DNA of 64,000 nucleotides from Promethearchaeota archaeon (GTDB lineage: Archaea; Asgardarchaeota; Lokiarchaeia; Sigyniarchaeales; SOKP01): positions 98,664 through 162,663 of the forward strand of contig JAEOSU010000076.1 of the NCBI GenBank assembly GCA_016840165.1, in the 5' to 3' direction. Made by a program: the position numbers and the translations under genes. Below the pieces are notes generated by a model, which was given only the letters and a program-made list of their open reading frames with translations, was not told the DNA's origin and did no database searches. The stretch's first letter is position 1; the number at the start of each line of letters is the position of its first letter. Below, one piece after another: positions 40,203 to 50,624 of this stretch.

Positions 40203-41762
40203 TTGATAAATCATATGTCAATTAAGTTCAGTAGGAAGGACCTTGGTCTAGTTATTACTCCTAATAAAACAGCAGAATATCTTATACATAAATTAGGGTC
40301 AATAAAGCAAAATCAGTCAATTTTAGATCCTTGCGTAGGACCAGGTATTTTTGTAAAACTCTTAATAAAAAAAGGAATAAATAAAAAGCAAATCCATGCT
40401 TTTGATATAAGTTCTGAATACGAGGATGATCTAAAAGGACTAGGAGTTCATTTCGAACGAAAAGACACATTGTTATCCATTACCGAGAGCGAGCATAATC
40501 AATATGATTTTATTATCGGAAATCCACCATATTTAAACAAATCGAGCAGTTATGTGAGAGAAAATAAGAAAGAATTAAGAAAAATTTACGGTAAAATAAA
40601 TTCTCATGAGACATATGCTATGTTTATAGTAAATAGTATATGGCGATTAAAGGAAGGTGGAAAATTAGCTTTCATTACCAGTGATTCCTTTCTAACTTTA
40701 CGAACTCATCAACGCTTAAGAAAATTCATTCTAAGACATTGTGTAATTAATGAAATTTTACTGGCACCTCAAGATTTGTTTTCGAACCAGAATGTAAGTA
40801 CAAGCCCGGTTATTATAGTTCTTACTAAACTTTCTCGTAAAGACCAGAGAGAAAAGCGATTAACTAACCAAATACGAGTCATAACTCGTGTAAAGAACGA
40901 GGAAGAGTATAAAAAACCAAATAAGATTTTAACTCATCTTCAAAAAAGTTATCAAATACTACCATTTAATATATTTTATACTGATATTGAACCTCAAGTT
41001 ATTACTTTTTTTGAAACAGCACCAAAAATCGTAAACTACATGAAGGGATATATTGGAATGCATACACATAATAATAGGAAATACATCGCCGCTATTGAGG
41101 GAACAGAATTAGCAAAAATATTTCATAATAGGAATTCAAAAATAAGAGAACCAGAAAATCAATATCGAATTATATCAAGGGATTATCTAAAAGAGAAAGC
41201 CTGGAGACCTTATTTAAAGCGCGGAGGTGCTGAACAATATTATCGTCCCATCATGGAAGCTTTAGATTGGAGGGAAAATGCTAAAAAGGTATATGATATT
41301 CCTGAAAATGTTCCATTTGAAAGGGAAGGACTAGTGATTAGTGGAGTTAGTTCAAGATTAGCGGCACGTTATATGCCAAAAGGCTGTTATTGGGATTCAA
41401 ATAAAGCCATTGGTTGTATTGTCTTAGATGAGAATATTTCTATTAGCTATTTATTAGGTTTATTAAATAGTTCGCTTTATAATTATCTTGCGAAAGGAAT
41501 TATTAATAATACAAATAGCATCCAATTATCAGGGATTCATGCTTTACCCTTCATCATGCCCGACTCTGAAACTAAAAGCTTAGTTGAAAAATATGTGGAG
41601 AGAATTATTGAGCAATTAAAAAATGATGGCTTATATAATTATGAAAATGAGCAAAGAATCATAGATAATCTTATATTTAATTTGCATCAAACCGAGTTTG
41701 ATTTCGCTGAATCACTTAAAGAAAAATTAGAGAAAAAATACTCGATTTATCAGAAGAAATAA
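40203..41762 (+). CDS. N6-adenine DNA methyltransferase (gamma/TaqI-Eco57I-like) with C-terminal TRD, orphan
   Basis: LDPCVGPGIF, IIGNPPY, LKEGG.LAFI, YLLGLLNS. Confidence 0.85.
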   Translation: MINHMSIKFSRKDLGLVITPNKTAEYLIHKLGSIKQNQSILDPCVGPGIFVKLLIKKGINKKQIHAFDISSEYEDDLKGLGVHFERKDTLLSITESEHNQYDFIIGNPPYLNKSSSYVRENKKELRKIYGKINSHETYAMFIVNSIWRLKEGGKLAFITSDSFLTLRTHQRLRKFILRHCVINEILLAPQDLFSNQNVSTSPVIIVLTKLSRKDQREKRLTNQIRVITRVKNEEEYKKPNKILTHLQKSYQILPFNIFYTDIEPQVITFFETAPKIVNYMKGYIGMHTHNNRKYIAAIEGTELAKIFHNRNSKIREPENQYRIISRDYLKEKAWRPYLKRGGAEQYYRPIMEALDWRENAKKVYDIPENVPFEREGLVISGVSSRLAARYMPKGCYWDSNKAIGCIVLDENISISYLLGLLNSSLYNYLAKGIINNTNSIQLSGIHALPFIMPDSETKSLVEKYVERIIEQLKNDGLYNYENEQRIIDNLIFNLHQTEFDFAESLKEKLEKKYSIYQKK

Positions 41763-41780
41763 GAATAAGTATAGTTTAAA

Positions 41781-43604
41781 TTATAATTTTTCTTCTTTAA
41801 TTTCTTGCTCATATTTGCTTCTTCGTTCTTTTAAATATTCAGGAATAGGAACATCCCACCATCCTACAGCGGGAGAACCTGTGAAAGGATAGGTTCTATT
41901 CACAAGAATCTCAATTACAGAGGGTTTTCCCGATTTAGTAGCCCTCTCTAATGCGGGAATAATCTCTTCTTTTTTTGTTAGTTTTTCGGCATAGCAGCCA
42001 AATCCTTCAGCAATTTTCGCAAAATCAGGCGAATATGCTTTTCCCTCGAAGTTTTCAAAAGCTGTTCCATAACCTCTGTCCTCTCCAAAAGCGGTTTGCT
42101 GCAAGTCTTTAATAGCAATCCATCCATAATTGTTGATTACTATAAAAAACATATTGGTAAGACCGAGTTGAACAGCAACAGATAATTCTGAAATTGTCAT
42201 CATAAAATCTCCATCACCTACAAGAGCAACGACTTCACGATCGGGTTTACCTATATCAATGGAACCTAGTTTTGCTCCTATAGCGGCGGGAACAGAATAT
42301 CCCATTGTGGAAAAGCCTCCTGCTGTTAAACAAGTTTTTGGTTCATAAAATTCTAATTCTTGCAACATTTGAGCTTGTACATTACCTGAACTTGTGACAA
42401 ATACCGCATCTCTCTTAAAAAATTTTCTTACTTCTTGAAGTACAGTTGAAATCATGACAGGTACTTTTGAATCGTCTCGATTTTTATCAAGAAATTCAAA
42501 CCATTTTTGTTTCTCTTCTTGCATTTCTTTAAAATAGTCCGTTTTTTCGTATTCTTTTGAATAGTTGTCTTTCTTAAGTAGATCGATAATTTGGTTTAAA
42601 CAAGCCTTAGCGTCACCGTAGATTCCAACGGTTACTGGATAATTTTTCCCAACTTCATGTGGGTCAATGTCAATCTGAATTAATTTGGTAGGTGGGATAG
42701 AAAAGCTTACTCCTTGTTTATAGGAGCTTGCAGTCTCATCGGCAAATCTACATCCAACTGCCAAAATTACATCTGCTTTTGTTGTCATTTTCAATCCAAT
42801 ATTAGTCCCTTTAGAACCCGCAGACCAACAAAAGAGTGGAAGATCATTTGGAAAAGCATCTTTCCCCATCATAGTCACCACAACTGCTGCTCCTAAAATC
42901 TCTGCTAGCTTTTTGATTTCTTCGGCCGCATCAGATGCTAGGACACCTCCACCTAAAAATAAAACAGGTCTTTTAGCAGTTTTTAATAAGCCAATAGCTT
43001 CTTTTATTAATTTTGGATCACCTAATATCCTTCCTCCTGCTCTCCTCTTACTAGGTTCTGGAATCTCAGTTTCAGTGGCTTTTGCTTGAACATCCATCGG
43101 TAAATCGATATGAACCGGACCTCTTCTCCCAGTTAACATCTGATTAAAGGCTCGTTGCATTATGGTTGGTAATTGATTAGGATTGGATACTTGCCAGCTT
43201 CGTTTCGTGACAGGCTCAAGAATTCTAGGAAAATCGGAATCACTCTTCCGTTCGATTTCTTGCAATACGCCTTTCCCTCTCATATGGGTATGAGTGTCGC
43301 CCGTAAGGCATAATACTGGAAAGCTATCTACATAGGCATCAGCTAATCCAATCACAGTATTTGCAGCTCCAGGACCAATTGAAGTAAAGACACATAAAGG
43401 TTGTCCAGTGATCCTATAATAACCAACTGCTAAGTGTACCCCAGACATTTCCTGTTTTGGTTGGATTAATTTTAGATGATCTTTATTCTTAAAAAAGGCA
43501 TCTACAAGCGGAAGATTTCCATGTCCTGGGATTCCAACGACATATTTTACTCCCTCTTTTATGAGATATTTAGCAATTATTTCTCCACCTGTATATTTAA
43601 CCAT
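41781..43604 (-). CDS. Thiamine-diphosphate enzyme (acetolactate synthase/IolD family)
   Basis: GIPGHGN, TSIGPGAAN, GPVHIDLP.D, MGYSVPAAIG, GDGDF...NN. Confidence 0.85.
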   Translation of the reverse strand: MVKYTGGEIIAKYLIKEGVKYVVGIPGHGNLPLVDAFFKNKDHLKLIQPKQEMSGVHLAVGYYRITGQPLCVFTSIGPGAANTVIGLADAYVDSFPVLCLTGDTHTHMRGKGVLQEIERKSDSDFPRILEPVTKRSWQVSNPNQLPTIMQRAFNQMLTGRRGPVHIDLPMDVQAKATETEIPEPSKRRAGGRILGDPKLIKEAIGLLKTAKRPVLFLGGGVLASDAAEEIKKLAEILGAAVVVTMMGKDAFPNDLPLFCWSAGSKGTNIGLKMTTKADVILAVGCRFADETASSYKQGVSFSIPPTKLIQIDIDPHEVGKNYPVTVGIYGDAKACLNQIIDLLKKDNYSKEYEKTDYFKEMQEEKQKWFEFLDKNRDDSKVPVMISTVLQEVRKFFKRDAVFVTSSGNVQAQMLQELEFYEPKTCLTAGGFSTMGYSVPAAIGAKLGSIDIGKPDREVVALVGDGDFMMTISELSVAVQLGLTNMFFIVINNYGWIAIKDLQQTAFGEDRGYGTAFENFEGKAYSPDFAKIAEGFGCYAEKLTKKEEIIPALERATKSGKPSVIEILVNRTYPFTGSPAVGWWDVPIPEYLKERRSKYEQEIKEEKL

Positions 43605-43708
43605 TTTTGGTAACCTATTCCAAATTAAATTGATTAATGCTTAAATCAAAAGAATTAAGAATGGAATTTTAATGATTGTGTTTAAGTGAATAAATAAAAA
43701 ATAAAACG

Positions 43709-44488
43709 TTAAATGACTTTACTAAAGATTTCTTTAGCTTGTAAATAGGAAGGATTTTGATTTGATATTTCTAGGAGATTACCTCCCATTAAGTTGATTT
43801 TAGCTATCTCATCATTTGATGAGATAAATCCGAGCAATTTCACATTATCTCTATTAGTTTCAATGATTTCTTTTTCTAAAATGCCCTGCAAATCCTCTGG
43901 AAATCTATTACCGAGTATCCAAATATTTTCAAACTCCAATTGTAATTCATCAGTAATCTCAAGAATGCGTTTTAAGGTGTGCATTGCCATCTTAGAGGGA
44001 TCAGAAACGATAATAAGATCAGTTACATTTCTTCCTGTTTTACGAGCAAAATGTTCCAAACCAGCGGGAGAATCAAGTAATGTGATATCATAATTTTTTG
44101 AGAGAGTATCTATAACTTTTTTAAGCACATCATTTATAAAACAATAACAACCTTCTCCCTCTTGTCTTCCCATTTCCAATAGATCAAAATCGTCCATCTC
44201 TATTAAGCAATTATAGACATCAGATTCTATCAACTGACCTTTAGGAGTGTTCGGTGACAATTTCATACTTTGGATCTTGTCTTTCAAGACCTTCATTTTT
44301 CCTCCAATCGTATCACAAAATTGAACTTCTTCCCCAATAACATCTGCCACATTGGCATCTGGATCAGAATCAATAACGAGAATGTCCTTATTATTTCCAT
44401 TATCAAGAATATATTTAAGAAATAAAGCTAATGATGTTGTTTTACCTACACCACCTTTACCAGCAAAAGCTATTACGCGATTTTTCAT
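43709..44488 (-). CDS. cooC: CO dehydrogenase nickel-insertion ATPase CooC/AcsF
   Basis: GKGGVGKT, DSDPD.N, MGR.EGEGCYC, AGLEH. Confidence 0.85.
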   Translation of the reverse strand: MKNRVIAFAGKGGVGKTTSLALFLKYILDNGNNKDILVIDSDPDANVADVIGEEVQFCDTIGGKMKVLKDKIQSMKLSPNTPKGQLIESDVYNCLIEMDDFDLLEMGRQEGEGCYCFINDVLKKVIDTLSKNYDITLLDSPAGLEHFARKTGRNVTDLIIVSDPSKMAMHTLKRILEITDELQLEFENIWILGNRFPEDLQGILEKEIIETNRDNVKLLGFISSNDEIAKINLMGGNLLEISNQNPSYLQAKEIFSKVI

Positions 44489-44644
44489 TGTTATTTTAAA
44501 TTAATTTTTAATTTCTCTTATGTTAAGAAAAATAATGTTTGATTAAAAATTTGTCATTCATAGAATAAAAGAAAAATAAACAAGGAAAGTTAACTTCTAA
44601 ATCCAAATAAAGAGGAAAATTATAGGTAATAAGGAAATATGTAA

Positions 44645-45466
44645 TTACTCTTGGCGATACATTGGGACTATTTTAGAGGTAAATTCATCTAATGTATACT
44701 TAAATTCCTCTTCACTTGAAATTTTACCTAGTTCCATGAGAATCTGTCTTGCTAATAGCCAAAAGGCTACTCCTAAAGCTTTTTTACCCCGATTATTGGC
44801 GGGGACTGCTAGATCAATACCATCCAAGGTATCATCCGTATCAAACAAAGCAACGACGGGAATTCTCGCAAGTTTAGCTTCTCTTAATATAACTTTATCG
44901 GCATGAGGGTCAACTATTACCACAACAGAAGCATCTTTAATGTAATCGTCGATGAGCGGATTAGTAAGCGATCCTGGGATAAAACGTTCAGTGATTGCTT
45001 TACAACCTAAAACTTCACAGAATTTCCTAACCGGTTCTTTTCCATATCTTCTTACGGAAGTAACGATTACTCTGTCACTTCCTTCCTCGATATATTTGCT
45101 TAGGAATTTAGCAGCTATGTTTAAGCGCTCATCTGTTTTAGTTAAATCTATGACGTATAAACCATAATTAGTTTGCCGGTAAATGAATCGGCGAGCATCC
45201 CCAGATAATAATTTAGTCCCGATATGTATACCACAACTAAGATATAATTGCTTTTTCTCTTCATCCTTATCGATGATTGTTTCTTTGGGGGCTAGACCGG
45301 CCTCTAAATCTTCAGTGTCTAATAAATCAAGTTCTTCTTCTAAATCAAGATCCTCTTCAAAATCTTCTTCGAAATCAATATCCAAGTCTTCTGAGAGTTT
45401 CAAATCATCTTCCTTGTCTATCTCTTCACTTTCCGGTTCTTCTGCTTTTTTTTTCTTTCTAGCCAA
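44645..45466 (-). CDS. rps2: 30S ribosomal protein uS2 (archaeal type) with long acidic N-terminal extension
   Basis: G.HIGT, YVIDL..T, RFIPG.LTNP, DP..D, EA....IP, PANN.G. Confidence 0.93.
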   Translation of the reverse strand: MARKKKKAEEPESEEIDKEDDLKLSEDLDIDFEEDFEEDLDLEEELDLLDTEDLEAGLAPKETIIDKDEEKKQLYLSCGIHIGTKLLSGDARRFIYRQTNYGLYVIDLTKTDERLNIAAKFLSKYIEEGSDRVIVTSVRRYGKEPVRKFCEVLGCKAITERFIPGSLTNPLIDDYIKDASVVVIVDPHADKVILREAKLARIPVVALFDTDDTLDGIDLAVPANNRGKKALGVAFWLLARQILMELGKISSEEEFKYTLDEFTSKIVPMYRQE

Positions 45467-45673
45467 GGTATTGACCTAAGTATTTAAGAAATTAATTTAA
45501 TCAAATAAATGACTGTAATTATTTTAATTAAAACTTCATAATTTTAATATTTTATTAAAAGAAATCTCCTAATTCGCTTATAACTAAAGATTTAATATAA
45601 TCAAATTATTAAAGATATTTATAATCTATATTATTATAATTGGATTTAAACTTACAAAAATAGGATTTTCTTC

Positions 45674-46162
45674 ATGGTTTCTTATAGATTATTAATAGGA
45701 ATTATTACTAGTGTGATTTTCAGTTTCTTTACTGCTTTTTTCTTTACTATGGAAGACATTACTGATCAAATTCAGTCATTTATTGCTTCAGATCCTCTAA
45801 AAGTTATAATATTGATGATAGGTGCAAATTTTAAGTTTGATATTATTTCATACTTTATAGAATCACCTACTTTTCTTGAGTTTTTTGCTCCCCAACTTTT
45901 AGCAAGCATTTTAATAGGTTTTTTAAGCGGTACGATTTCTAAGGGATTGAAAAGAGGATTTATAGCCAGCATGATTGTTATAGTTGTTGATGTATTAATT
46001 TGGATTTTGCTCAGCGTGATTTCGGGAGAAGATTTAATGGCATTATTTCAAGGTGCACAATTATCAGCCACAATCGGTGGTATATTAACCGCAATTATAG
46101 GAGCAATAGTAGGTGGAATGATTGGAGGTCTTATTAGTGGCCCATATGAAAATAGCTATTAA
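45674..46162 (+). CDS. Hypothetical glycine-rich membrane protein
   Basis: 4 hydrophobic helices with GxxxG repeats. Confidence 0.65.
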   Translation: MVSYRLLIGIITSVIFSFFTAFFFTMEDITDQIQSFIASDPLKVIILMIGANFKFDIISYFIESPTFLEFFAPQLLASILIGFLSGTISKGLKRGFIASMIVIVVDVLIWILLSVISGEDLMALFQGAQLSATIGGILTAIIGAIVGGMIGGLISGPYENSY

Positions 46163-46235
46163 AATTTGATAATCAAGTCAAATTAGTTTCTTAACATAAC
46201 CAAACCTTAAAGCATATGCTGATTTATAAAATTTA

Positions 46236-46769
46236 ATGGTAAATCAAGAGATACTCCCATCTAAAGAGGCAGCTTTCGAACTTCTTAAAAAATTAAAGGT
46301 TCCCTATCAAGTGAGACGGCATTCTTTAAAAGTAGCAGAAAAAGCTTTGGAGATTGCTTATAAAATAAATAAAACTGATGTTGATCTCGATCTAATTGAA
46401 ATAGGAGCTATACTACATGATATAGGCAGAGCTCAGACTCATGGATTTAAACATGCAATAATTGGGGGCAGGATTTTAAGAGAGAGGGGGTACCCAAGCA
46501 AACTAGCCCGAATTTGTGAAACACACATTTTAGGTGGTTTAGATAAAGAGGATGCTAGGTTCCTAAATTTACCAGAAAAAGATTATCTTCCCAATTCTCT
46601 TGAAGAAAAGGTCATATGTTTAGCTGATAAACTAACCGCTGGAACTAAAGAAGTGACTATTGAACAACGGTTTCAAAAATGGTTTAGTAAATACGGCAAA
46701 ACTAAGATTCTTATGAAATCTAAAAGAAGAATTGAGAAAATTCAAGAAGAATTATCTAGTCTCATGTAG
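46236..46769 (+). CDS. HD(IG)-domain phosphohydrolase
   Basis: HS..V, LHDIG, H...G, ETH..GG, EEK....AD. Confidence 0.88.
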   Translation: MVNQEILPSKEAAFELLKKLKVPYQVRRHSLKVAEKALEIAYKINKTDVDLDLIEIGAILHDIGRAQTHGFKHAIIGGRILRERGYPSKLARICETHILGGLDKEDARFLNLPEKDYLPNSLEEKVICLADKLTAGTKEVTIEQRFQKWFSKYGKTKILMKSKRRIEKIQEELSSLM

Positions 46770-47262
46770 CTTTTAGTCGCTTTTGTAGTTTTTTGATGAT
46801 TCCTCCTTCATTTAAAATCTCAGTTAAAAATTTAGGGAGTTTTGGAAATTCTAAAATAAGATTTTTAGTTTGATTTTCAATAATCCCCCTACTTAGATCT
46901 ATTTTTATTAAATCACCATCACTAAAGGAAGCATCTTTCCAATTCAACGTTATACCAGGAATTCCATTGTTAATAAGGTTTCTAAAATAGATACGAGCAA
47001 AAGATCTTGCGATTATAGCTTTTATTCCAAGAATTTTAAATACATTAACAGCTTCTTCACGAGAGCTTCCCGTTCCAAAATTACTCCCCGCAATCAATAT
47101 TTTTTGTTTAGCTGACTTTTCTGTGAAGTTTGGATCTATGAATTCTAAAGTATATTCTGCCATTGCATTCGAATCTCTCATTGTTAGTGTGTGACTTGGT
47201 ACAATATCATCAGTATTTATATCATCCCCTAAGATATAAACATAGCCCTCAATGAATCTCAC
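46762..47262 (-). CDS. leuD: 3-isopropylmalate dehydratase/homoaconitase small subunit
   Basis: DDINTD.I, NFGTGSSRE, SFARIYFRN..N.G. Confidence 0.88.
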   Translation of the reverse strand: MRFIEGYVYILGDDINTDDIVPSHTLTMRDSNAMAEYTLEFIDPNFTEKSAKQKILIAGSNFGTGSSREEAVNVFKILGIKAIIARSFARIYFRNLINNGIPGITLNWKDASFSDGDLIKIDLSRGIIENQTKNLILEFPKLPKFLTEILNEGGIIKKLQKRLKAT

Positions 47263-48524
47263 TATGACAACACCTCCCTTGGATCTGAAATTTTTCCATT
47301 TAGAGCAGACACAGCAACCGTAGCGGGAGAGGCTAGATAAATTTGAGAGCTAGGATCACCCATCCTTCCAGTGAAGTTTCTATTTGTACTGCTGATACAA
47401 ACTTCATTCTCACCTAGGAGACCAAGATGGCCTCCTATACAGGCACCACATGTGGAATTTGTAACAATTGCACCAGATTCTAAGAATATTTCGATTAAAC
47501 CTTCTTTTAAGGCACTTAAATATATTTCTTTAGAAGCAGGGGTGACAATCATCCTAATTTTTTGATTTATTTTTTTTCCTTTTAAAATTTTTGCTGCTAC
47601 ACGTAGATCTTCCATTCTTCCATTTGTACAGCTACCTAAAAAAGCTTGATCAATCGATATTCCTTCAACTTCTTCTATATATGCTAAATTATCAGGATTT
47701 GAAGGTTTGGCAACCACGGGAGTTATCTTTGATAAATCGTATTCAAAAGTCTGCTCATATTCTGCATTCTTATCTGAATTTACCATTTTATAAGGTTTAT
47801 TTGATCGTTTAGCAATCCAATTTTCTAAATTTTTATCAGGAATAAAAACACCAAACTTGGCTCCTGCTTCCACCACCATATTAGAGATTGTCATTCTTGA
47901 ATCGATGGACAGACTTTCAATACCATCCCCATGAAATTCAAGCGATTTATAAATTGCTCCTTTCGTAGATATATCTCCAATAAATGTGAGGATGAAATCT
48001 TTTGACATTACGCCATTATTTAATTTATTAGTTAAATCAATTTTTAATGATTCCGGAACCTTGAACCAAAGTATTCCTGTTGCAAATACCATAACTACAT
48101 CTGTAGCCCCAATACCAGTTGATAAACAGTTAAAGGCTCCATAGGTGGTTGTATGACTATCTGAACCAACAATAAGCATTCCTGGTCTTGAATAACCCAT
48201 TTCTGGTAAAACTTGGTGACAAATACCTTTATCCATACCCATGTTATGAACAAACTTATATTTTTCAGCAAAATTACGACAATCTTTATGCATTTGTGCC
48301 GCAGATACACTAGGGGCGGGTACCCAATGATCTAAAATAAAAAAGATCTTATCAGGATCCCACACTTTATCAAGTCCTAACTTTTCATACTCTTTATGAA
48401 TTCTTCCACCTAATTGTTCATGAACCATAATAAGATCAATTTTAGCTTCAATAAATTGACCTGGTTCAACTTTTCCGGTAGAACAATGAGATTGAAAAAT
48501 TTTTTCTGCGATTGTATTACTCAT
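47262..48524 (-). CDS. leuC: 3-isopropylmalate dehydratase/homoaconitase large subunit
   Basis: DH, GICHQ, DSHT, GSCTNGR, CGAC.G, NRNF.GRMG, SPAT. Confidence 0.88.
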   Translation of the reverse strand: MSNTIAEKIFQSHCSTGKVEPGQFIEAKIDLIMVHEQLGGRIHKEYEKLGLDKVWDPDKIFFILDHWVPAPSVSAAQMHKDCRNFAEKYKFVHNMGMDKGICHQVLPEMGYSRPGMLIVGSDSHTTTYGAFNCLSTGIGATDVVMVFATGILWFKVPESLKIDLTNKLNNGVMSKDFILTFIGDISTKGAIYKSLEFHGDGIESLSIDSRMTISNMVVEAGAKFGVFIPDKNLENWIAKRSNKPYKMVNSDKNAEYEQTFEYDLSKITPVVAKPSNPDNLAYIEEVEGISIDQAFLGSCTNGRMEDLRVAAKILKGKKINQKIRMIVTPASKEIYLSALKEGLIEIFLESGAIVTNSTCGACIGGHLGLLGENEVCISSTNRNFTGRMGDPSSQIYLASPATVAVSALNGKISDPREVLS

Positions 48525-49798
48525 TTTGTATCACACGTGAGTTCTTGATTATTACTTAATTTATTATAATCTTTATCCATCATTAATATAACTTTTTTAA
48601 ATAAGACGCAAGTTTGAAGCAAAATATTGGGATCTACTTTATCAAGAGTGTCATGCTTACTATGGGTAAATAGGGCCGCTGCTCGAGTGGTGATGTCAAT
48701 AGCGTCATAACCTCTCAAATGAAAGGGTACTGAATCTGTATGAGCCCCAGTACTTAAATGAAATCCATTAATTTTGATATTCTCTTTATCTGCTACAAAA
48801 AGAATATATTTGCCTAGGAGAGGTGCAATCTTCTTTCTTGGAAACACCCCATATGATTTAAAATATTCAATTTGATTTAGTCTGTGATTTTTACAAGATA
48901 CCATATCAAAATTAAATTGAAAAATACGCCCTTTTGTAAATTCGGTTTCATAATCATTAACGAAAATACGAGAACCCATCGTTCCTAATTCCTCTGCCGA
49001 AAATTGACAGCACCAAACATTAAAATTATCAAGAGGGTGTTTTAAAAAATACTGACTCAATTCAAATACTATTGCCATGCCAGATCCATTATCTAAAGCT
49101 CCAGGTGAATTATTATGAGTGTTAAGAAACAGTAAAAATATGTTTGAAATTGAAATTAGAATAACCGAAATCCAAGATCCATATAGAATAAACCGGGAAT
49201 CCATATTAGATAAAGTAAAAAAGTTAAGTAAAAAAGAAATGTAAAAAAAGCCTTGAAATAGACCAGAATATAACCATAATCTATAAAATAATATTCTCCA
49301 AAACGTTTTGTAAGTTTGAGATTTACTGTCTAAATGAGCGGATAATATTATATCACCTACCTGTTCTTCCTTGAGTTTTTTAGCGGGTACCTTAACAATC
49401 ACATTACTAGCTGTATGAATATTGCCAAAGTATTCCCCCCAAAAACCTCTATTTTCAGGATGTCTTAAGCCTTTAAAAATTAATAAAACAACGATAGCCA
49501 TTATAGCTACTACTGCTAATGTTAAAATAACGTGGATATAAAAAAATAATAATAATATTAAATTAAAAATCAAATTTATCACCATTAATAATTTAATTAG
49601 CGTAGTAGAATAAAAATCAGAAAATTCAAATTCTCTTTCTATAATCTGTGATTCTTGAAATCCTAACTCTTTAAAGGTTTGAACTGTTATCCCTACAGCT
49701 TGTTTTTCATTAGCTGTTCCTGCAAGCCGAGGGAAACTTAATTTTTTGACGTAATTGAAAATCCTTTTTTGCTCGAACTCGAATTCATTTCTCTCCAT
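48521..49798 (-). CDS. M28 metallopeptidase with transmembrane insert (paralog of 38958-40118)
   Basis: FPRLAGT, AHLDSK, GALDNGSG, AEELG, NFDMV, HS..D. Confidence 0.85.
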   Translation of the reverse strand: MERNEFEFEQKRIFNYVKKLSFPRLAGTANEKQAVGITVQTFKELGFQESQIIEREFEFSDFYSTTLIKLLMVINLIFNLILLLFFYIHVILTLAVVAIMAIVVLLIFKGLRHPENRGFWGEYFGNIHTASNVIVKVPAKKLKEEQVGDIILSAHLDSKSQTYKTFWRILFYRLWLYSGLFQGFFYISFLLNFFTLSNMDSRFILYGSWISVILISISNIFLLFLNTHNNSPGALDNGSGMAIVFELSQYFLKHPLDNFNVWCCQFSAEELGTMGSRIFVNDYETEFTKGRIFQFNFDMVSCKNHRLNQIEYFKSYGVFPRKKIAPLLGKYILFVADKENIKINGFHLSTGAHTDSVPFHLRGYDAIDITTRAAALFTHSKHDTLDKVDPNILLQTCVLFKKVILMMDKDYNKLSNNQELTCDTK

Positions 49799-49813
49799 AT
49801 TTGAATAAATGAG

Positions 49814-50422
49814 TTACTCCTTTAATTTTTGAAGAACAATTTGTTGAATCTTATCTTGGACGAATTCTATAATATCATTTGAGTTTACAATAGAATAATT
49901 CTCTTTTTTTGCACGCTTCAGATAAAGCGCCCTTACTTTGTCCAAAAAGGACGTATCTTCGAATTTTTCTAAATCTTGTTGCGTTTTACGGGCTAGAGAT
50001 ATTTTCGGATCAATGTCTAAGATTATTGTGAGATCAGGCAGTCCTACAAATTTGTTGATATTTTTTACCCATTCTATCGAAATTAATTCTGATTGGACAG
50101 ATTGATAGATAATAGAGGATTCAATATATCTATCTGAGATAACAATATAGCCTTCTTTTAGCTTTTCCTTTATCTCACCATGATAATGGAGATTTCTATC
50201 CGCGGCAAATAATAGTGCATCGGTTATAGGAGGGATTTTTTCATCTTTCAAATATTTTCTAACTAGAAGACCTATTTCGTTGTTTGATGGCTCTTGAGTT
50301 AGATGAACCTTAAATCCTTTTGTTTCCAAAAATCCCTTAAGAAGATTACAATGAGTCGTGGTACCACTTCCATCAATTCCATCTAGCACGATAAATATCG
50401 GTTTTTGAATCAACTTTAGCAA
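49814..50422 (-). CDS. tmk: Thymidylate kinase
   Basis: DGIDGSG.TT, QEP, LLFAADR, SDRY..SS..YQ, PDL. Confidence 0.92.
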   Translation of the reverse strand: MLKLIQKPIFIVLDGIDGSGTTTHCNLLKGFLETKGFKVHLTQEPSNNEIGLLVRKYLKDEKIPPITDALLFAADRNLHYHGEIKEKLKEGYIVISDRYIESSIIYQSVQSELISIEWVKNINKFVGLPDLTIILDIDPKISLARKTQQDLEKFEDTSFLDKVRALYLKRAKKENYSIVNSNDIIEFVQDKIQQIVLQKLKE

Positions 50423-50624
50423 TGAATACTTTTTATTTGATATCTAATTTAATAGGAAATTATTGTTTTAGCTACTTTAAATTATTAATTATTTCTTTTG
50501 AAATAATAATAAAGAAGCGACTTTTTAATATGTTTCTTATCACTGACTAAAGAAAATTATATTTAAGTAATTATGAACTTATAATTACTATTAAACAAAT
50601 TTAATGAATAAGAGTTGATAAAAG

